Positions 60,201-64,000 of a stretch of 64,000 nt of DNA are shown in pieces. The number at the start of each line of letters is the position of its first letter. Position 1 is the stretch's first letter. Source of the DNA: a bacterium (GTDB lineage Bacteria; SAR324; NAC60-12). The DNA lies in assembly GCA_965205865.1 (NCBI GenBank), contig CBDBHR010000030.1, forward strand, positions 1,311,653-1,375,652, written 5' to 3'. The notes beneath the pieces are model-generated. The model was not told the DNA's origin and ran no database searches. It saw nothing but the letters and a program-made list of their open reading frames with translations. A program made the position numbers and the translations under genes.

Positions 60201-60969
60201 CTCCCGCTTGTACGTGCGATTTGAGCAATCGATAGCAAGCAACTGACTTACCCTGACCGGCTCCTGCAACTACGAAGGTTACGTTGCGATGAAGACATAA
60301 CGCAAGTGTTGTGTCGAGAGCACGCGATATCCACGCTTCAGCATTATCAGGCGGATGATTAACTTCCAGGCTCTTGAGTGAAAGCTCGTGGAGCAATTCA
60401 GGGGAAAGAAGTTCTTGTTCAATTTGCAGAAACTTTCGTCGGATCCAATGACCAACTGGGTTATTATCCAGAAAGTGCGCAAGCCTTGAACATGACCAAA
60501 AATCGATTTCAATGTCGTTAGCATGACCCGCAGTCTCAACTTCGCTTATGATCGCTTCGGAGGGTTCCTGATTTGTCGTCAGAACCAGAGTGGCGCGTAA
60601 ATCCGGAACCTCTTTCCGCTTTTCCGTTATCATCATGGCCGTCTTAGGAAAATCTCCGGGAGGCGTCGATGATTTCTTTGATTTACCATGCAGCGTCGTT
60701 GCGTCTGGATCGTATAGCCACTTTCTTTTCAGGTTATTTCGTGCGGTGATCGTGTGATGAACTACGATCATGTGTGGTGGTCTGGCGCCAGGAACAAAGC
60801 AGATTCCGTCTGAAGGCGCTTTAACAGTCCTACCATCAGCGTTGATACCTGTTTGAACGAGCCGTGCATAATGTGGTTCGGCCTCGCGCAAGATCGTCAT
60901 AGCAAGACGCTCGAACAACCCTTCATCGGTGATAGATACAATAGCCTGTATGGTTTTATTAACGTTCAT
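57265..60969 (-). CDS. Large STAND/NACHT-like NTPase with putative N-terminal nuclease-like domain and helical C-terminus
   Basis: FERLA...DGI N-domain, Walker A GAGQGKS, Walker B LLVVED, GHDPLL, winged-helix-like FVFRHDRIREWILA, long Leu/Ala-rich helical tail. Confidence 0.7.
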   Translation of the reverse strand: MNVNKTIQAIVSITDEGLFERLAMTILREAEPHYARLVQTGINADGRTVKAPSDGICFVPGARPPHMIVVHHTITARNNLKRKWLYDPDATTLHGKSKKSSTPPGDFPKTAMMITEKRKEVPDLRATLVLTTNQEPSEAIISEVETAGHANDIEIDFWSCSRLAHFLDNNPVGHWIRRKFLQIEQELLSPELLHELSLKSLEVNHPPDNAEAWISRALDTTLALCLHRNVTFVVAGAGQGKSVACYRLLKSHVQAGGFGLVLSHDVISSATTLDQAIADALHQLHPALASNEETALSICSPERPLLLVVEDINKANQTQLLAEKIARWSRTQAEAENQSNWGTTWNLFCPLRPETLALLGDNARKSIEPLLVSAGGFSENEGRDAVIARARLIDKELSPLSALSISQSLGHDPLLIALYDFDNTADPGQVIGQFVEASLYRTAAMKADYPAAEYRKALRVLAEGMLTLRKIDLSWSEVRDWTETQGEPLRLIGRIAHKNELIRLSGSTADQRFVFRHDRIREWILADAAAELELRGVLSYDVVTDPYFAEVIGTVLVWSQPKPHFLRRVAEFNPLALFYALRLFNDSTQSSYDALLRAIENWLDNPATHYRSNLHLRWEALALLAETDSHHVPVIVRKFSDRTYSGHFARLRNGDTGGGIELCVTLEPGIGDPWRDFQIEHAKLRHGAILIRELDYFLRQKELNSPIRSGALRLAGHIGNPCLAYAIEVCWKLDAEKIDHLVDYLWAFGQCCGNDPARFLGPVCDVWAALPDEPEKEDEPSPRDNLAARELRFAFRRWTPHKAIDYFVLRATHKDLRWPITVMLHGIDHPKALTFVVQELAAIRRRLEGTELFSPFALTAADEWRHAQEEGSPMSDASRQVLLRLWLDDKNDRFLRTEAFSLWAVTECKGDLSILRAAQVPEDLADSLLQQRLIRGDRQAIPAMTTKLRGCDAKYWWQCGRFLWSPELTEELDHFLGNRGGQVQLVWLESFASDRITSELIIRLPTKDAERLLLKHWDHLRFSSCFVPAALYVATNPLLDAAAVAIRECPNSTKLMTDLTMIFGIRAKNHPGLYREKQMLALVPYLDLISEGDIFDLWMECNNRGWFAIRRKHLDCRLGSSYKQHYLWSCDSAIQKLNRLVREKPLYWIDHCTDHWIDQNLKADVSWSEILKTLILWIDDQQSFEALKIVTSTVARRGVRNDLNLLKSYEGLKVNGVKELIRNTEFAVRRRTIS

Positions 60970-61042
60970 TTTTTATAGTCTAACGTAACAAAAACTGGAA
61001 GGTGTTCCCTGAGTTGCCATACACGGCACACTCATTTAACTA

Positions 61043-62876
61043 GACCCTAGCCGAAAAGGGTTTCGAAAATAGTAAATATAACCGATTGGATTCTATTTGA
61101 TTCTCTATTTGATTCAATATGACGAGAAAACGATTTATTTTTGTTTTTTATTCGCCCACAGCACAGTTTTTATAGGGAAAAAATCTTTTTTGGACATACT
61201 TTCCTCGCCCCTGCTCATATTTCACACTCCCCCATTGAATATTCAGGCCGCTTGTTTGAGTTGTCTTTTTTTCAACTCAATCATTTTGCAAAAATTATAG
61301 GTTAATGCTTTTTCCAGCAACTCTGCCCGAACGTTTTCAATCCCTCTGCGCATAACTTGTCCGAAATGGAAACAATGCTTAAGATGAAACATCAACGACT
61401 CTGCAGCAGATCTTCCATTTCGTGATTCCAAATAGATTTCACTTTCCCATTCTTCAATCGGGGTCATCTTTTTTCCCTTTGCCCCACTAATACTAAAAAC
61501 CTTAACGCCTTTGCCCATCCACTTTTCTCTGATTGCCTGATTGGCATATCCATCATCAAGGCTCACTTCAGAGGGAATGGTGATGGTGCATCGCAAATGT
61601 TCAACAAGGGCAGGGTCGAGTTGCCCTGAATCAGCAGCATTGCCCTCCGGAGTAATTAACACGGAAATAAAACCATTTCCGCTCCTTCCTAATTGAGGCT
61701 TATATCCGATAAGCGCTTCTCGATCTCCCTTTTGAATATAAGCCGAGCTCTGATCGGAAAGACTCAATACTTTCTCAGTGGAAGGAACCTTCTTTTCTTC
61801 AAAAACTCTTTGATGACAGTAGATGATTACCCGTTGCAAATTAGAAATATCTTCATTCATCATTTCAATGAGGCGAATCAAACGCGTTTTCCGAGAAGGG
61901 GGGAGAAGAGCTTTTTGGGCACGGATATCCACCTTTGCCATTTCTTTTAAAAATTTCCCATGAGCGCTTTGAGCTTTCTTCAATAGGGTTTTGTAATGTT
62001 TTTTTCGCTTCGTTTTACTGTCCTTTTTACCTGTCTCAAAAGCAATCATCTTAGAGAGCTTATTCATCTCCTTGATGAGGAAATCAAAATTTCTTTCACT
62101 GATCTTAGCGATTCCAAATGTATCAAGGGAACGCCCTCGATGGTAGCTTCGCTCCACGAGACGAGTCAATATCGACGAATCAGTAGGCCAAGCTGTATTT
62201 CCTTTTACAGAGGTGCTATCCAGTTTTAAAATATCAAAATCGTCCAACTCTTCATCGAGAACCATTCGAATTTGAGCATCGAAAATAAACTGTCTGCTCT
62301 CGTTGCTGACAGCATTGACATTATCAAGGATTGTACTCGCTCCCGGCATTTTCAATCCACGGTTGAGCAGAAGCAGATGCAGTGTGATTGACTCTGAAAG
62401 AAATATTTGGGCCGTTTGGGATTTGATACTTCCTAAGTATCCCCGAATCATCATAAAAAGGTAGACTAAAAAAGCCGACATCCGAGGACACCCTATTTCC
62501 AGCCTCAGTTCTTCCGGCTTCAATTCCTCATCTTCTACGGGAAGATGAGGAAGCCATGGATTCCGGGCTTCCTGCCATCGTTTATCCTCTAAACGCTCTT
62601 TCTTTTTATTTCTTGCGTATTTCTCCAAATCCTGTTCAATTTTGTCCAATATCTCCGGCTCTCGCTCAGACAATTGATCAAGTTCTGATAAGAAATTTTC
62701 AAATTCTGTATCAGGAGCGCTTAAAATAAGATGTTTTTCTGCTCGAATGAATGGTTTCATTTTGGGTGCCATAATTCTTAATATTGAAGTTATTCACAGT
62801 TATTTCAATGAATTATGGCACTTTCTAACCTCAAGTTAAAGATATAATTCTAAAAAATACCTTTTCGGCTAGGATC
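61043..62876 (-). mobile_element. Insertion sequence, copy 2 (inverted relative to copy 1)
   Basis: Same IRs and TA flanks as copy 1; lacks the short AAGGTATTTT duplication near the left end of copy 1. Confidence 0.9.
61243..62772 (-). CDS. DDE transposase (509 aa)
   Basis: Differs from 1386-2915 at three residues that I could see (E/K, M/I, R/C). Confidence 0.85.
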   Translation of the reverse strand: MAPKMKPFIRAEKHLILSAPDTEFENFLSELDQLSEREPEILDKIEQDLEKYARNKKKERLEDKRWQEARNPWLPHLPVEDEELKPEELRLEIGCPRMSAFLVYLFMMIRGYLGSIKSQTAQIFLSESITLHLLLLNRGLKMPGASTILDNVNAVSNESRQFIFDAQIRMVLDEELDDFDILKLDSTSVKGNTAWPTDSSILTRLVERSYHRGRSLDTFGIAKISERNFDFLIKEMNKLSKMIAFETGKKDSKTKRKKHYKTLLKKAQSAHGKFLKEMAKVDIRAQKALLPPSRKTRLIRLIEMMNEDISNLQRVIIYCHQRVFEEKKVPSTEKVLSLSDQSSAYIQKGDREALIGYKPQLGRSGNGFISVLITPEGNAADSGQLDPALVEHLRCTITIPSEVSLDDGYANQAIREKWMGKGVKVFSISGAKGKKMTPIEEWESEIYLESRNGRSAAESLMFHLKHCFHFGQVMRRGIENVRAELLEKALTYNFCKMIELKKRQLKQAA

Positions 62877-62882
62877 TAACTA

Positions 62883-63087
62883 GTGCTTGGCCGAAAATTA
62901 GATAACTACATGATATTTAATGGTATTCACCTATTTTCAAGAAACGAAGATTTTTGGAAAACTTATCAAAAATCCCATTTTTTGCTGATTTTTGCCATCT
63001 GAACACTGTATCAAACAAATCTTCATCCTATGAAATTGAAGAAATGTCATTTAATATCAGCAATTTGAATATTTTTCTGCCAAGCAC
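62883..63087. mobile_element. MITE (205 bp)
   Basis: IRs GTGCTTGGCCGAAAA / TTTTCTGCCAAGCAC, TA on both sides, AT-rich non-coding interior. Confidence 0.75.
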
Positions 63088-63149
63088 TATATAGGCTGTA
63101 TTCGTGTTGTTCCGACCCGAATTGACTGTGAAATCGATTGCAGCAAACC

Positions 63150-64000
63150 TCAGAGTGGCAGATGGGGACCTATGTACCCAATTTCGATTTTTCGCGAGTC
63201 CGCATTGAAACGAAGGTGAATGCGTCGGCCATTGCTGAATTTGGCATGCCAGTCGAATAGTTCTCGCGTACCAGCCTGTGATTTGAATCGGCGCGCCTCA
63301 CGGAGTTTAGGATTATTCTTCAGGTTGACGGTTTCGGGTGTTACCGTACAAGTCCATGGAGGCACACTCCCTCCGACCTTGCGCCATTTAGCGGCCGATT
63401 CGTCGAGGGCAATAAACTTTTTGACAGTAGGCCCAAAAAACTCTGGGTCTATTTTTACGTCCGGCCCGAAAATAAGATTCTGGAACACCTCTTCCCTTCG
63501 CTCCCACAATGCCAAGGGACTTAGGCAACGAAGAAGGATAGCATGGCGACGCTCGCAAATCGACAAAGCATGAACGGATCGAGTGAGATTGTCTATTGTT
63601 TCGGAGGTTTCCTCAATGCTGCCGTCGGGCAGTAGCTCGTTGAAGCTGACCGTGAGGCAGTCGTGATCCCAACCCGGAGCCGACGGAAACCCGACTGCAA
63701 TCCAATCAGTGATGGCACACAAGACCAGCGGTTCTCCGTTTTCCGGCGACAAATCTTTTGCCTCACAAGCAAGAAACCGGTCCTTGACATCCAACTCGAC
63801 GTCGCTCAGAAGCGGACGTTTCTCGCTCAGACGCATGAGGAATTTACCCTTGTCCCGATCTCCATCCTTCAGTAACTCCAGGTAAGCATCGAATAATGAA
63901 CAACCGAGCACGCAGTTGATTTCGGATGGGTGACGGCACATCCTCAGACTTGATTCTGCTACACCTTTGGCGACGAGTTGCGCCATACCGGTACCTACGT
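63150..64000 (-). CDS. Hypothetical defence-island protein; 5' end probably outside the window
   Basis: C-terminal FDWHAK...RIHLRF....IEIGYIGPHLP motif; the ORF runs to the window edge. Confidence 0.6.
   Translation of the reverse strand, partial: VGTGMAQLVAKGVAESSLRMCRHPSEINCVLGCSLFDAYLELLKDGDRDKGKFLMRLSEKRPLLSDVELDVKDRFLACEAKDLSPENGEPLVLCAITDWIAVGFPSAPGWDHDCLTVSFNELLPDGSIEETSETIDNLTRSVHALSICERRHAILLRCLSPLALWERREEVFQNLIFGPDVKIDPEFFGPTVKKFIALDESAAKWRKVGGSVPPWTCTVTPETVNLKNNPKLREARRFKSQAGTRELFDWHAKFSNGRRIHLRFNADSRKIEIGYIGPHLPL

Noticed and set aside
1269-62878. Proven composite transposon
   Set aside because: Only a TA dinucleotide is shared, the interrupted gene does not resume beyond copy 2, and the interval contains housekeeping genes.

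Overview
Bacterial 64-kb window; no rRNA, tRNA or CRISPR array is recognisable. It is bracketed by two near-identical, inverted copies of a 1.84-kb DDE insertion sequence (1271-3115 and 61043-62876). The left 35 kb is a decaying mosaic. Mobile elements: IS1182, IS21, IS5, IS1380 and IS607 elements or remnants, RAYT (Y1 HUH) transposase remnants with miniature derivatives, and a group II intron 3' end. Toxin-type genes: a RES-Xre pair, an orphan RelE and an AT-rich small-protein + ImmA/IrrE pair. It also holds two Opp/Dpp ABC clusters whose divergent binding proteins share one 208-bp promoter/signal-peptide module. 35.4-43.3 kb is mostly housekeeping (thermonuclease, SDRs, lipoate ligase family, sirtuin, CnoX-like, enoyl-CoA hydratase, pdxJ). 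The most interesting region is 43.5-61 kb, a minus-strand defence-type locus. It encodes a 1234-aa STAND-like NTPase, a DUF1156 adenine methyltransferase and a DUF499 ATPase (restriction-like core), interleaved with four ABC-ATPase + TOPRIM-like modules (two intact, two decaying). Three of those modules sit behind a duplicated 5' stub of a gene further downstream (DUF499 twice, pdxJ once), which records stepwise growth of the locus. All family calls come from motif recognition, not database searches, and single-base frameshifts could be sequencing errors.
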